Assembly (NCBI RefSeq): GCF_009914755.1
Contig: NC_060935.1
Strand: one strand, 5' to 3'
Length of the DNA stretch: 64,000 bases
Origin: the human T2T-CHM13v2.0 reference genome, Homo sapiens
The notes beneath the pieces were generated by a model, which was not told where the DNA came from, searched no databases, and worked only from the letters and a program-made list of their open reading frames with translations. The position numbers were made by a program, and so were the translations under genes. Every line of letters begins with the position of its first letter. Within the stretch, counting starts at the first letter, position 1. Positions 49,645 to 64,000 of this stretch are shown here, piece after piece.

Positions 49645-51270
49645 CATTCACTTATTCAATAAATATGTATTGAGTGCTTACTATGTGTTGATAAGTTGAG
49701 GAATTAGGGAGTGAAAGAACATACACAACTTCATTTCATCATGAAGTTTACACACTAGGATTTTCAGTGGGAGGACACAGATGACAAACAATAAATTCAT
49801 AACATTTACAATATATTAAGTACTGTAATAAATACTATTGAGAAAATAGAGTGAGGAAGTAGGATAAAGAGTTGCTGGAATGGAATGTATTAACAATTTT
49901 AAAAATAGTAGATATGGAAGGCATTACTGGGAAAGAGGTATCTAAATAAAGATTTGAAAGAAGCAAGGGTGTCCTAGGGAAGCCTATACCTGGCACAGGG
50001 AATAGATAATACAAATGCCTTGAATCAGGCACAGGCCCAGCTTTTAGAAGATATAGCAAAATGCAGACACAATCAAGTAAAATAAGATGAGGTCGGAGAG
50101 ATGACAGAGTGATCAAATTGTCTATGACTTTTTGGGCTTTGATAAAGACTTTAACTTTGATTTTACAAGAAATAGGGAACTATTTGGAGGATTTGAATGA
50201 AAGAGTAATGTCATCTCTCAATTATGATTTAAAATAACTAGTGTGACAGTTTGGTTCAGATAGTCTGTACAGGCAAACAAGGACAGAAAGTAAGGAGAAC
50301 AGTTGGGAAGCTATTGCAATGATTTCAGTGACAGAGGGTGGCATTTTGGGCCACAGTGGTAGCAGTGGGCATGGTATGAATTGGTCAAATTCCAAGTGTA
50401 TTTAGAAGTACACTCAGTAGGTCTTGCTGACAGATTAAATAAGATGTGAGGCAAAGAGAGTGAGTCCATGATGATTTTAACCGTCTTGGCTGATGTAACT
50501 GCAGATATGAAATTATGGCAGGAGAAACAGACTCAGGGAGATGCTGAAAAATTCAGTTATAGACATGTTTCGGTTGAAATGCTTTCTATCCAAGTGGAGC
50601 TTCCAAGACAAGAGTTTAATATATTAGAGCAAGGAGATTGTAGATGAGGTGTTGGAGATAAAAATTTTGGAGTCATTAAGAAATATAGTATGTTTTATGG
50701 TGATAAAGTAATGAATCTGGATGAGATCACCTAGGAAGGAGTTTAGATAGAGGAGATAAGTGGTCTAAGAACTGACTATCAGGGCTGTTCATTATAAGGA
50801 GGTCTGGGAGATAAGGATGAAATAGAAAAGTAGACTGAAAAAGAAAAGTCAAAGTAGTAGGAGGGGAACTGGGAGGCTGTGATATGCTGATGGCCTGTGA
50901 GAAAACAGAAAAAAAAAAAAAAGATTAACAATATTAAATGTGACTAGTAGGTCAAATAAAATAAAGGTTGAAAATCTACTATTGAGTTTCTTAGTATGAA
51001 GATTTCAGTTGATGTTCCAAAGAGGAGAGTCAGAGAATGATAAAGGTAAAGTCTGACTGTAGTACTTTAATAAATAATGACAGGACATGATTAGAGGCAT
51101 TGAATACATACAACTCTTTTGCAAATTTCCCTATAAAGGGTTGTAGAGAAACAGCATAGCAGACGAAGATGGAAGTACAATGAGAAGAAAAAAAATTAGT
51201 TGAGATATATAATAGTATATTTATACAAAAAGAGGAATAACCAGAAAGAGAGGAAAAACTGAGAATTCAC
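49645..51270 (-). mobile_element. L2 (L2a-like), about 1.6 kb
   Basis: CATTCACTTATTCAATAAATATGTATTGAGTGCTTACTATGTG 3' end, followed by characteristic antisense L2 body (GGAAGCTATTGCAAT, GGATGAGATCACCTAGG). Confidence 0.85.
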
Positions 51271-53433
51271 TTGATCCAATTATATCACTTTATAAATTAA
51301 TTTTTTGTTTACTGTTTCTTCCAAAGTTCTACCAATTTGTTTTATGCCCCAGTCCTACTGTAGAAATGGAGATACTGAATTATGAAATTTTGATTTTGCC
51401 TCTTCCCAATTTAATTTCCTCTAGGCTTCATAATTGTCCTTTTAAAATAATGTGGATTTGAGAAATTACTTCACAGACATCTTTTAGTTAACAGTTTCTG
51501 AATTCTATAAAGGATATACCATTGATGGACAAAGATAAAGAACCTCATACAGCTATTTATGTGTATGTATGTGAACTAAAATACATTTGTTGAGCCAAAA
51601 CACATTTAGTTTCAACAATGTTGGTATTACTTAATTCATCATTAATATATGTTTATTCCCAATTTGAAGTATGAGTAGTTTAGAAACAAAAATGACAAAC
51701 CCTAACAGAAAACTGATTTGTGAATATATCTCTATGAAATTCTATGAAGAGAAACGTAACACATAATTCATAGTAAGAAATACTTGGCATTTAAAAAACA
51801 TGTGTTCATCATTTAAAGTGCTATTCAAGGAAAATAATCAGATAAATTAAGGGGCAGCAGGACTTTGGAACAGCAGAGTAAGAATCTCAAAAAATCCATT
51901 CATCCATACAAGCAATGAGACCACTGACAAAAATTGTCAAAGTTAACTTTTACAGAACTCTGGAAATCAACCAAAGACTTCCAATAATCTGCCTATTATG
52001 TATTCAAGGAAAGCTGCTGAAACTCAATGTTAATAACAAGCTTTACAGTATTTTTAACTATCCCTATTCTCAGCTTCTTGGTAACTTTGAAAATGCATAG
52101 CCACACAGTAAATATGAAAACCACCAAAAACAGCAGCCATCAAAGAGGAAATAACAGGGTGAGAACTCCTCAAAGAATTCCATCCTCAGAGTATTGTTAT
52201 TATTTTACCTGTCTGGCAGCCCCCTGGGGAAAGTTTTAATCACAGGACAATACCCTATTTACACTGATTTGGGGCTCACTTGGTGGGAAAAGCTCTATTC
52301 TATAGAGCATTTTTCAAAAAATATTAGTGTCATTTTGTTAATATTGTGGCTATATGAGAAAGAGATACCAATTAAGGCAAAGAAGATCCTTAAAACTTAA
52401 AAATTAATATCTGAAAAATAAGATATGCACAGGGGCTCTGAAAAATAACAGCATGTTCTTTAGGATGTAGAAGGCTAAAAACAATTACAGGACTATATTC
52501 ATGCCCAAGAATGACCTGAGAAGTCCCAACCTCTCATCTTGGCTGACGTTGTTGCCTGCACAAGTAGAAAGTAAAGGCTAAAGAACAGTTATAAATGGCT
52601 GGAACATGGAAGAGCTGCCCCAATACACCCACTGAGCAACTCAGCAAGGATACAAGATGTATTGGTTCAAGGAATTTAAACACATTTCTTTCCAATTATT
52701 ACCTTAACGTTAAACTAACTGAGATGGGACCTCAGTGACTGTACACAACAGCAAATACAAATTGTATAGAATATCTAAGAATGCAAGTAAACAATTAAAT
52801 GCTAGCAACAACAACAAAAAATGACACACAGTAAAAACATTAAATGTGGGGAGAGGATCTCATTTCCAGAATAATAACATTATATCATTTTAAATGTCCA
52901 TTAAAAAGACATATAAAACACTGTATTATTTAAATGCTTATTAAAAAAGAAACAAAGTAGTATAACTCATATGCAAAACACAACAAAAGAAACAGTCCTT
53001 GAGGGAGCCTAGATGTTGCACTTAACACACAAAGGCATTAAATCAGATATTATAAATATGTTCAGAGAACTGAAAGTAACCATGTCTAAAGAATTATAAG
53101 AAAGTATCAGAGCTATGCCCTACTGAATAGAGAATATTAATGAAAAAATTATTAAACTAAAAACAAAAAGTCAAATTGAAATTTGGGAGTTTAAAAGTAT
53201 AATAACTACGATGAAAAGTTTATTAGACTGACTAAAGAGTAGATTTGAATTAGCATAAGACAGAATTAGAGAATTCGAGTATTCTCCAGTCAGAGAACAG
53301 AAAGGGAAAATAAAAAAGATAAATAAACAGAGTCTCAGAGATCTGTGAAACATAGTCAAATAATTCATGAATATTGGGTTTCCAAAAAAAAGGACAGAAA
53401 AAATATTTGAAGAAATAATGTCCCCCAAAATTT

Positions 53434-55592
53434 AAGCATTGTTTACTGTACTGGATTATATGGCCCAACTGACAGAGTAGCTTGAATGGTAAATGGTAAT
53501 CTAGATCTCTTTCGGAGCCTTCTTTAGTTCTGGGCCTCAATCAAAACTAGCAGCTTTCAGACCACTCAATGAATGGGCCTCACTAATACTCTCAAATGGG
53601 GAATATGTTGCCTCTAAAATTCAAATTGGCCCGCTAAGCATTGAACCTCTGTTTAGATTATAAAAAGGGCAGATTCGATAACTTATTATTCATCTTGAGG
53701 GATATCTCAAAATTCCTTACATCCCTGGGCCCCCAGAAACTTCACTGAGATAGAAAACCCTTGAAATTTTGTAAGATTTATTTCCTTCCTTTGACATGCA
53801 AATGTCTTACCAAAGAGTTTTGAAAAGTGTTGCTTCTTGCCAACTAGTTTTAATCAGCATAATGTGATCAATATTATGGACTGGTGTGATAGCATGTGGA
53901 AGAAAACCAGTCAAGATCTCTGTGAACGAAATGATGACATAGGGCTGGAGAGTTGATATACTCCTGAGATTTAGGACAGTACTGATGTCATTGCCAGCTG
54001 AAAGCAAACTTCGTCTGGTGATCTTTACTAAGTTTCCAAGGAGAGAGCATTTACCGGATCAATTACTGCACACAAAATACCAGGGGATGTATTAACTTGC
54101 TCAAGTAATAAAATTACATCTGGAACAGGAAGTAAAATTGAAGTCACCACTGGGTTAAGTTTATGGTAACCCACTGTCATTCTTCAATATCCATTTAACT
54201 TCAACACAGGCAAAATAGGTGAGTTGAATAAGGATGTGGTGAAACTCACCAGGCCTGGATCTTTTAGGTCCTTGATGATAGCACTAATCTCTGCAATCCC
54301 ACCAGAAATGTGACACTATTTTGATTTAGTATTTCCTACATAGAGACAATTCTAGTGGCTTCCACTTTTTCTTTCCTACCATAATAGTACTCACTCCATA
54401 GGTTACAAAGTTAATGTGAAAATTCTGCAAGTGCTGAGTATGTCTTTTCCAATTACGCACTCTGAATCTGGGGAAATAACCACGGAATACGTTTGAGTAG
54501 TCACTGGACCCACTGTAAAATGAGCCTGAGCTACAATTCTATAAATCGTGTGAACTTCAGAAGCCCCAATTCTGATTGGTAGATCACAGTGACATTTTGA
54601 GTCAATTTAGATGGGGTAGATCGCTGTCACTATTGGCAAAAAGACTCAGCAGAGTTTAAGGGTTCAGTGTCTTCTGCTTCATCAGAATCTTCCCATATGT
54701 TCCCATTGTAATATTTGATATCCAATTTTTTCCCAAACAATGTCCTTAGTTTAGAGCATACATGCTGTGAGGTTGGGAATTCAATTTGCCTTGTAATTCA
54801 ACCATTCATAGGATGAGATTCTGAGCTTGTTTTTCAAAAGTCTCAGCTCTACGTCTAATGGAAATTAGAGTTTCTTTCATGGAGGACAGAGAAATTTTCA
54901 AGTTGTGTATGTGGAGCTTGAGCTGACAATTTGAATACCTGAGTTCATCCTTTCCCCCACCCTTACTTTCTTGGAAGCCATTAGGAGAAAATAACTAATC
55001 TCATTATACACATTAATTTGATAAAAGTGTTCTAATATATCAAATACAAGTTCACAAGGAACTTGCCATTTATCAGTATTTGATTAGATATATCCAACAG
55101 TGATATTTTTATATCTCTATTGCCATATCTTGTCATGACATATCAGTGGTTCCTTTATAATCGGAAAGAGTTATTTGTGTCTTTAAATCTAATCAGATTA
55201 GAGAACTGATTTCAGGAACCTCAGAACCAACCCAGAAAATTCATCGTTTTTTTTCTTCTTTCTTGAGATGGAGTCTTGCCCAGGCTGGAGTGCAGTGGTG
55301 CAATCTTGGCTCACTGCAACCTAAGGCCTCCTAGTTTCAAGCGATTCTTGTGCCTCAGCCTCCCATGTAGCTAGGATTACAGGCATGCACCACCACAACC
55401 AACTAATTTTTGTATTTTCAGTAGAGATTGGATTTCACCATGTTGGCCAGGCTAGTCTCGAACTCCTGACCACAAGTGATCTGCTGGCCTTGGTCTCCCA
55501 AAGTGCTGGAATTACAGGCATGAGCCACTGCACCCGGTAGAAACTTCATCTTTTTAATTATTTTTCTCTAGAATGACTCTCGGTATCAAATT
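53434..55592 (-). mobile_element. ERVL internal region (gag-pro-pol remnant) without LTRs
   Basis: The minus strand gives ERVL pol-like peptides (KWKPLEL, GGIAEISAIIKDLKD, degenerate RT motif VHNIDHIM in ORF 53807..54007). 5' end AATTTGATACCGAGAGTCATTCTAGAG resembles the ERVL-int start. Confidence 0.85.
55247..55538 (-). mobile_element. Alu (AluS-type) inserted in ERVL-int
   Basis: Antisense Alu. TSD AGAAA(A/C)TTCATC at 55234-55245 and 55539-55550. Confidence 0.93.
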
Positions 55593-58105
55593 ATATATCA
55601 CACTTCAATCCAAAATAAGAGATTGCCAGAAAATATAACAAACACATGAAAAATGTGATGTCACTATATAATGCTAAAAGAGGTTTTAATTTCAAAGACA
55701 TGAGTAGATTAAAAGTAGAAGCTGTATTATACCCAAAGTTACCAAAGCAAAACAAAACTGGAATTGCTCCACAAATACCAGACAGTAGACTTTAAGAAAA
55801 ATAAGTAACTAATGACAAGTAATGGCATTTAATAGAAATGAATGAGTAAATCTCCCAAAAAGATATAACAATTAAAAACATATATTCACCTAACAACTGA
55901 GCCCCAAAATATAAGAAAACTTGGCAGAATTAAAGTCAGAAATAGGTAATTAAACACTGATAATTTGGATATCACATTTTCAATATGTAAAGAGCACAGC
56001 AGCAGATCAACAAGGAAATAAAAGACATGAACAATGTTATAAACCACATAGACCATGTTAAGCCAAAAAAAAAAAAAACTCAGTAAATTTTAAATGTTTA
56101 AAATTATACTTAGTATGTTCCCTAAACCCAATAAAATTATTTAGATATCAAAAAAAAGGCAATTTTGTTTGAAATGAACAGATATATAGAAATTCAACAA
56201 AAACACTTGTAAATAAACAATGGCTGAAAGGAGAAATCAAAAGGGAATTCGAAAACTCTTTGAGATGAATAAAAACAAAAACACAATATACCAAAACTCA
56301 TGAATTAAAAGTAGACAAATTCTATTTTTAGGGTAAAATTAATACCTATAGATGGCTATGTTAAAAATATTTTGAATCAATATCTTAAACCTCCACTTGA
56401 AGAACTGGAAAGAAAAGAGTGAATTAAACCAAAGCAAGTGGAAGAAACAGAAAAATAAATACTAGAGTGGAAATGTTTACAGTACTGAATGGAAGACAAT
56501 GAAGAAATTCAACAAAACCAAAACTTGGTTCACTGGAAAAATAAATACAATTGATAACACTTTAGCTCTACTGACTAAATACAAGAGAGAGACGATTCAA
56601 ATCACTAAAGTCCTGACTGATATCACTACTGATTTTACAGAAATAAAGTTAATACTGATCCTTCACAACCACTTCCAAAAAATTCCAGGTGGCAAATATT
56701 ATCTTGATATCAAATGCAAATATATTATAAGAAAAGAAAACCACAGATCAATATCTTTCATAAGTGCAGAAATCCCCAAGAAAATACTAGCAAACCAAAT
56801 ACAGTAACATATAAAAGGGATTGTATCCCTTGACCAAGAAGGAATTATACCTGGAAGAGAAGGTTGATTTCATAACAACAAAAAGTAATCATTTCAATGC
56901 ATCATATTAATAGAATGAAAGACAGGAAGTATGTGTTCTTCTAAATTAACAGAAAAAGCATTTGACAAAATCCAACATCCTTTTATTGTAAAAACTCTCA
57001 CCAAATTGGAAGTATCTGCAGGCTTCCTTAAGCTAATAAGGGGCTTCTACAAAAAGACAGACAGTTGCCTTCAACTAAGTAAAAGATTGAATGCTTTCCT
57101 TCTTAAGAATATACTTAAACTGAAAGTTCTAGCAAGGGTAAATGGGAATAAAAGAGCAATAGAAGTTATGTAGTTTGGAAAGAGGAAATAAAATTATACC
57201 TATACTCACAAGACATTGATCTTTTATATAGAAAATTATGATGTGTGTGTGCACACACATGCACACACACACACCCCTATTACACTAACAAAGATAGCAG
57301 CAAAGTTGGATGATACAACATTAATACACATTTAATTTTATTTCTATGCATTAGCAATGAAGAATCTAAAAATAAAATTTAAAAAACAGTCCTATCTATA
57401 ATAGCATTGAAAACAGAAAAAATACTTTTGAAAAATTTTAAAAAAGAAGCACAAGTCATATACACTGAAAACTACAAAATGTTGAAATAAATGAAAAAAC
57501 CTAAGTAGTGGATAGATATTTATGTTTATTGATCAGAATATTAAATATCATTAAGGGGACAATATTCCCCAAATTGATCTACAGATTCAACATAATATAA
57601 ATCTAGGACTTTTCCACAGAAATTTAAAAGCTGATTCTAAAATTCACATAGAAATAAAAGGTATCCAAAATATGTAAACCGATCTTGAAGAAGACAAAAT
57701 AGGAGAAGTACTCAAACTTTCTGATTTTTAAAACTTAACACAAAACTACAGTCATCAACACAGCATAAGGATAGACTGATAGGTCAATGGAATACAATAG
57801 AAGGTTTAGAAATAAACCACTACATTTATAGTTAATTCATTTTTTTCAATGGTGCCTAGAAAAGTCAATGGGGTAAAGAATAGTCTTTTCAATAAATGAT
57901 ATAGGGAGAAGTGTGTATCCCTGTGCAAAACAAGGAATTTGGACCCACTAATTTACCATACACAAAAATTGACTCAAAATAGGTCAAAGACCAAAATATC
58001 AGAGCTAAAACTATAAAACCGTTACAAGAAATTATGGGCAATGGGTTCCTAGATACAACACTGAAACACAAGGAACAAAGTAATAAAAAAAAAAAAAACA
58101 GACTT

Positions 58106-58443
<338 letters not shown>

Positions 58444-58995
58444 TCAAAGGGTACCATCAAGAAAGCAAAAAGCAACCCATAGAAAAAGAGAAAATACCTG
58501 TGAATCATGTATCTGATAAGGGCCTCCCTAGGATTCAGAATTAAATAAATTATTACAGCTCAATAATAAAAAGTATTAACCCAAATTTTAAATGGGTACA
58601 ACATTTGAACAGTCATTTCTTAAAAGAATAGGTGCAAAGATCAGTATGCACAAAAAAGGGGTCAACAATATTAATCGTTAGGGAAATGGAAGAGGAAATG
58701 CAAATGAAAAGCACAAGATCCCACATCCTGTCTACTACAATGCCTAAAATCGGAAGGAAAGACAATAGCATTTGTCGGCAAAGATGTGGAGAAATTGAAT
58801 CCCTTAGACCTTACTGATAGGGGTGTAAAATCCCACTTCGGAAAACAGTTTGGCAATTCCTCTAAGTTTTAAGCATAGATTTACAATTGTACCCAATAAT
58901 TCCACTGCTAGGACTCAAGAGAAATGAAAACATACTTTCACACAATCGCTTGTATGACCTTGTTATTGATGCGTATTTTTTTCTGAGGTATGAAA

Positions 58996-59230
58996 CAGTG
59001 GTCTGCAAACTACTGCCCCTTTGGTCTCAATTCAACAAGCTTCCTATATTTGTGAACAAAATTTATTGGAACATAGCCATGCCTGTTAATATATATGTTG
59101 TCTCTAGCTTTTTTCTTATTCTTTTTCTTCCACAGTGACAGTGTTGAGCAATTGTGAGAAAGACTAGATTGTCATCAAAGCCTACAAATTTACTATATGA
59201 CCTTTTATAGTAAATTATTGCTGACCCTAG
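58996..59230 (+). mobile_element. MER58A (hAT-Charlie MITE)
   Basis: CAGTGGTCTGCAAACTAC...TTTATTGGAACATAGCCATGCC...AAAGCCTACAAATTTACTAT...TTGCTGACCCTAG. Confidence 0.85.
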
Positions 59231-59429
59231 CCTAGAGTCCGGGGTATATCTTCCTTACAGAGATGACTGATTTGAAATGATCAGCTCTATTATTTATTAT
59301 TTGATAAAATGTTATGATAAAACGTGTTAAGGACTCATCCTATCTTGGGACTTCATGATTATTTTCTAAAGCTGTCCTAAATTATTACCAAAACAGTTCT
59401 CCTACTGCACTTATTAATTCCATTTTTAA

Positions 59430-60050
59430 TTATCTTATTTACTCATTAAATATATATTGAATGGCGAGTATTTGTCTGTGACTTCTATATGAGATTTTAT
59501 ACAATCAAATCTGGTGTTATTTATATGATAGGGAGTTTGCATTCTAATGGAAGAAATAGTGGAGTAAAAGGGTGTGGTATGTGTCATGGTAGATATACAC
59601 ATAAGGAGGGCATGGAACAGCAGGGGAATAACATATAGATCAGCTGCTGAACAAGGGCAAGGAGTAAAAGAAATCTCCTGGAAATATTAATGAATGAACT
59701 GAAACTTTAAAATAAGAAAAAGAACCCTAAAACTTTTCTGTCAGATTGCAAATGAGACTGAATTGAAGGGAGGAGAATAATTGTGATGGGAACAAAAATT
59801 TGGAGACTACAACCAAAATTCAAGTTATAAGAGATTAACTGAGGTAATGGGAATGGGAGTGCTGCGTAAAGTGAACTATAAAGGGAGAAAGTGGATAAGA
59901 CCTGGTGATGATTGCTAGTTAGAGATGGGGGAAAAAAAGAGATATTTATGGTAACTCAGGTTCTGGTTCTGACAATCTACTAAGTAAATGGTGACTTTAT
60001 TCACATAGACTGGAAATGCAGGGATAAAAACAGACTTGCAGAAAAGAGCT
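59430..60050 (-). mobile_element. L2 fragment
   Basis: TTACTCATTAAATATATTGA.., GGGAGTTTGCATTCTAATGG and later L2-like purine-rich sequence. Confidence 0.55.
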
Positions 60051-61822
60051 CATTTTCTCACCCTCATTCCAGGAACCAAAAAATAAAAAATAAAAAACCA
60101 AAAAACTGACTATGCTGCTAAGTGAAAATGAACATTTATACTTTGATTTATTCATTTGTTTAAGACAAACAATATGCTAAACACTACTAGATTTTGGACC
60201 AAATATATAGAATGGAAGCAAGAACACTATTCTGGCAAAAAGAAACCAAGCAACTAATTATAACAGATTGTGATAAATCTTTCATTGTTATGTAAAAAAA
60301 TTGCTGTTCTTATTGGTAAACATCTAGAGTTCAGATCTTCTTCCTCCTACACAGAATTATTTTTTGCTAAGTCTTTGCAAAATCTTTGATTTCTAGCCAG
60401 AACAACAACAAAAAAATAAAAACAGTTTCTCTTCCCTTGAAAAGTGGAGAATTGAAAGCCTCTACTGGTAAGAAGAACAATAGTTACTCTTTTAACATAG
60501 AATTTCTCACAGATGCCAAGGTCACACCAAACTATGCCTGAAAACCAAGAGCTCATCAGAAAAAAAAAAAAATGTTAAATCTACGATGCTTGCAGGCAAG
60601 AGTCAAGTATGCTCATTTTTAAACTGCCAGACTCAGGAAAGACTGCTGAATGCTTTGTTTTCAAAATTTAGGAAACAATTTATGAATATAAAATAGATTG
60701 TTTTCTTGCTTGTAATAACTGTTATTGTTGAAACTGTTAGTGTTGAAGGTGTTGAAGATGTTGTACTTATAAATAATCTCTTACTATTATAATTATTTTA
60801 CATCTATAGAAAGCTTTAAATAACAACTTCAAATGGGCAATGGGGTATGAAGTTTAATGAAGATAAAACATGAAATATTGGTAACAGCAATACAACGAAC
60901 AGTTTATATACAGGGGATAGAGGACTGTTAGAAGGAAACAGATGTTATCAAACTTTTATTTCCTATATTTTACTTATGGAGTATTTAAAAGTCCTCTGTG
61001 AATCAAAATTGGTATGATCTCTGACACTAGTGGATCTCAGAGATACCTAGAATACTCTCAAAGAATACCAAGGTTTAACACTTGCTTTTCATGTAAACAA
61101 TACAATACCCTTATCATGAATTTGTTTGCTAGACAGAATGGTTTCTAAAATATTTTTATATTAATACTATTGTAAAATAGGAAAGTGGCTGCAGTAGCTG
61201 GCTGAACATGAAAATTGTGGATCAATGCCTACTCTGGAAGCTATTTATAAAATGCATATCAAAGCTTCATCTTGGGATGCAAAGAAATTAGTAGACCTAA
61301 GGTTAGCCCAAGACAATGTGAAATAGTCTATCCCAGCTAATGTGGACATCCTCAGAGGCACTGGATATCCAGTTAGTAACCTTGAGTCAGAGTTAAAGAG
61401 AACGGTCGTTGGCTCCATAGAGGCCATTTATGTTCTTTCCAACTTGTTAAAGACTAATAAATGATCAAACCACAATTTGCTGCAGGGACTACCCTTAAAA
61501 ACTGTATCAAAGACTTAGGTACCCTCTAGAGGGTGCCATTTTTCCATGGCTAAGTAGAATTTATGATAGTGTCATAAATCTTAATATTAAATGAAAAATC
61601 TGCTAAAGAAATATTAAACACAGAGCAGACTTGGAAATGGCTATTTGCACTTTAGAGGGACCCTATTCTTAATCAAATCACTGGATATAATGATGAGCAC
61701 TGAAGTTCCTGTGGACTTGAAGGGAATATTCCTAAGAATTATGGGGTGAGTTGGTAAAATGAGAAAATGTTTTTCCATAACACTAACTTCATATCATGTG
61801 ATGATAGGCCAATTTATAACTA

Positions 61823-62161
<339 letters not shown>

Positions 62162-62770
62162 TCAGACCAGTTTAGCTCCCAAAATTTTAGGTAGTGAGAC
62201 CTGGAGAAGCAGAACATACTTTTTTTTTTTTTTAATTGCATAACTGTGTTTTTTTAAAGAAACTTACTTAATGATAGAATAATTGTCCTGGGTATCAAAG
62301 TCCTTTTCTTTCCCTGGCAAGAAACAGTAGAAGGGGAAGTGGTCAACTGGAGAAATGTGGATCCCATCACCTTTTGCAGGGGAATGGAAAATTTAAGCCT
62401 TCTTATTTTTGGAACATGACTACAGAGCTGATGATATCAGTAAAGCTTTTTAATTTTCTTGGAGCTATGGAAACATGTTTTTCTTACTCAAAACAGTCTT
62501 CTATTGTCTAAACGACCCAAGTCAAGAATAGTAGAGAGTATAAATTAGGTGAGAGTCTTCACATTGTCATTGAAATATAAATAATGCTAATAATGTTAAT
62601 AATAACAATGATGGTCATTTTGTGGCATTTCTCCATGCCTCTACTTTTGATAGTTGTTGTGTTATTAACAATAAATGCTACTATATTATGCTTTATATAT
62701 ATGTGATAACATTATAGAGTTCAGCCTATGTATTACACATGCTATTCTGTATATGTGAAATAAAACATTA

Positions 62771-62937
62771 AGTAAGGCACAATAGTGCATGCCTATAGTC
62801 CCAGCCACTCAATAGGCTGAAGTGGGAGGACGAGTTAAGCCGAGGAGTTCAAGGCTATAGTGCACTAGGATGATGCCTGTAAATAGCCACTGCTCTCCAT
62901 CCTAGAAAATAGAGTGAGACAATGTGTTTTAAAGAAA
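62771..62937 (+). mobile_element. FAM (fossil Alu monomer, 7SL-derived)
   Basis: Single monomer retaining GCCTGTAAATAGCCACTGC (the FAM/7SL GTGAATAGCCAC motif, absent from dimeric Alu arms). Confidence 0.75.
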
Positions 62938-63049
62938 CTGATAAATACAATAAAATACATAAAATAAAAAATAAGTAAAACAATATTATTGATGTAATTA
63001 TCATTCATTCCATATAAAAAATTAAGCAGCTACTATATACATTTCATGG

Positions 63050-63476
63050 TATATTAGTCCATTTTGCATTGCTATAAAGGAATACCTGAGGCTGGATAAT
63101 TTACAAAGAAAATAGGTTTATTTGGCTCACAGTTTTGCAGCTTGTGCAAGCATGGCACTAGCATCTGCTCAGCTTCTCATGAGGCCTCAGAAAGCTTTTA
63201 CTCATGGCAGAATGTGAAGGGGGAGGCAGGCGTGTCAAGTGGCAAGAGAGAAAGTAAGAGAGGGGAGGAGGTGCCAGCCTCCATTAAACAAACAGCTCTC
63301 ATGTGAACTAATACCACCAGAACTTGCTGATTACTATGGGGCGGGGAGGGGACACTAACTTATTCATAAGAAATCTTCCCCAATGTTACAAACACTTCCC
63401 ACTAGACCCTACTTCTAACATTGCAGATCACATTTCAATGTGAGATTTGAAGGGGACAAACATCCAAACTATATCA
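63050..63476 (-). mobile_element. MaLR solo LTR (MSTA/MSTB-like)
   Basis: TATATTAGTCCATTTTGCATTGCTATAAAGGAATACCTGAG...CATCCAAACTATATCA. 5-bp TSD CATGG/CATGT. Confidence 0.9.
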
Positions 63477-63677
63477 CATGTTCATCTGGCATTGAGTTAA
63501 GGTAATAATTTAAAAGCTTGAAATTAGCAAGACCTGTATGCAAAAGTTTAAATCAGCTTTACTCATAATTGTCCACACGTGGAAATAAACCAAGTGTCAA
63601 TCAAGTGCTACACGGAAACAGTGCTGTAGTATAACGATCCAATGACAAGCTATTTAGTAATAAAAAATGAGTAACTA

Positions 63678-63998
<321 letters not shown>

Positions 63999-64000
63999 CA

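Noticed and set aside
61241-61250. MEF2-like site CTATTTATAA
   Set aside because: A single AT-rich motif is expected by chance.

Overview
Primate (catarrhine, human-like) AT-rich, CpG-depleted, LINE-rich genomic DNA, probably intergenic or deep-intronic. I found no credible host protein-coding exon, RNA gene, CpG island or CRISPR-like array. Every long ORF in the track comes from a transposable element or from low-complexity sequence. More than half of the window is recognisable interspersed repeat: two young L1PA copies (2.6 kb and 4.9 kb, both on +), several older L1s, eight Alus plus one FAM, a near-full-length Tigger1, MER85, MER2, MER58A, several MaLR/ERVL solo LTRs, an LTR-less ERVL gag-pol remnant, and L2 and MIR fragments. 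I see no evidence of a novel gene system. The features worth a second look are structural: a three-level nested L1 with a twin-priming inversion, a 28-bp micro-inversion, a perfect 22-bp hairpin inside an LTR, a ~155-bp locally templated duplication lying inside a microsatellite, and a MER85 with a degenerate PGBD3 palindrome. Repeat subfamily names come from my recall of consensus sequences, not from a search. Boundaries of old repeats are approximate.
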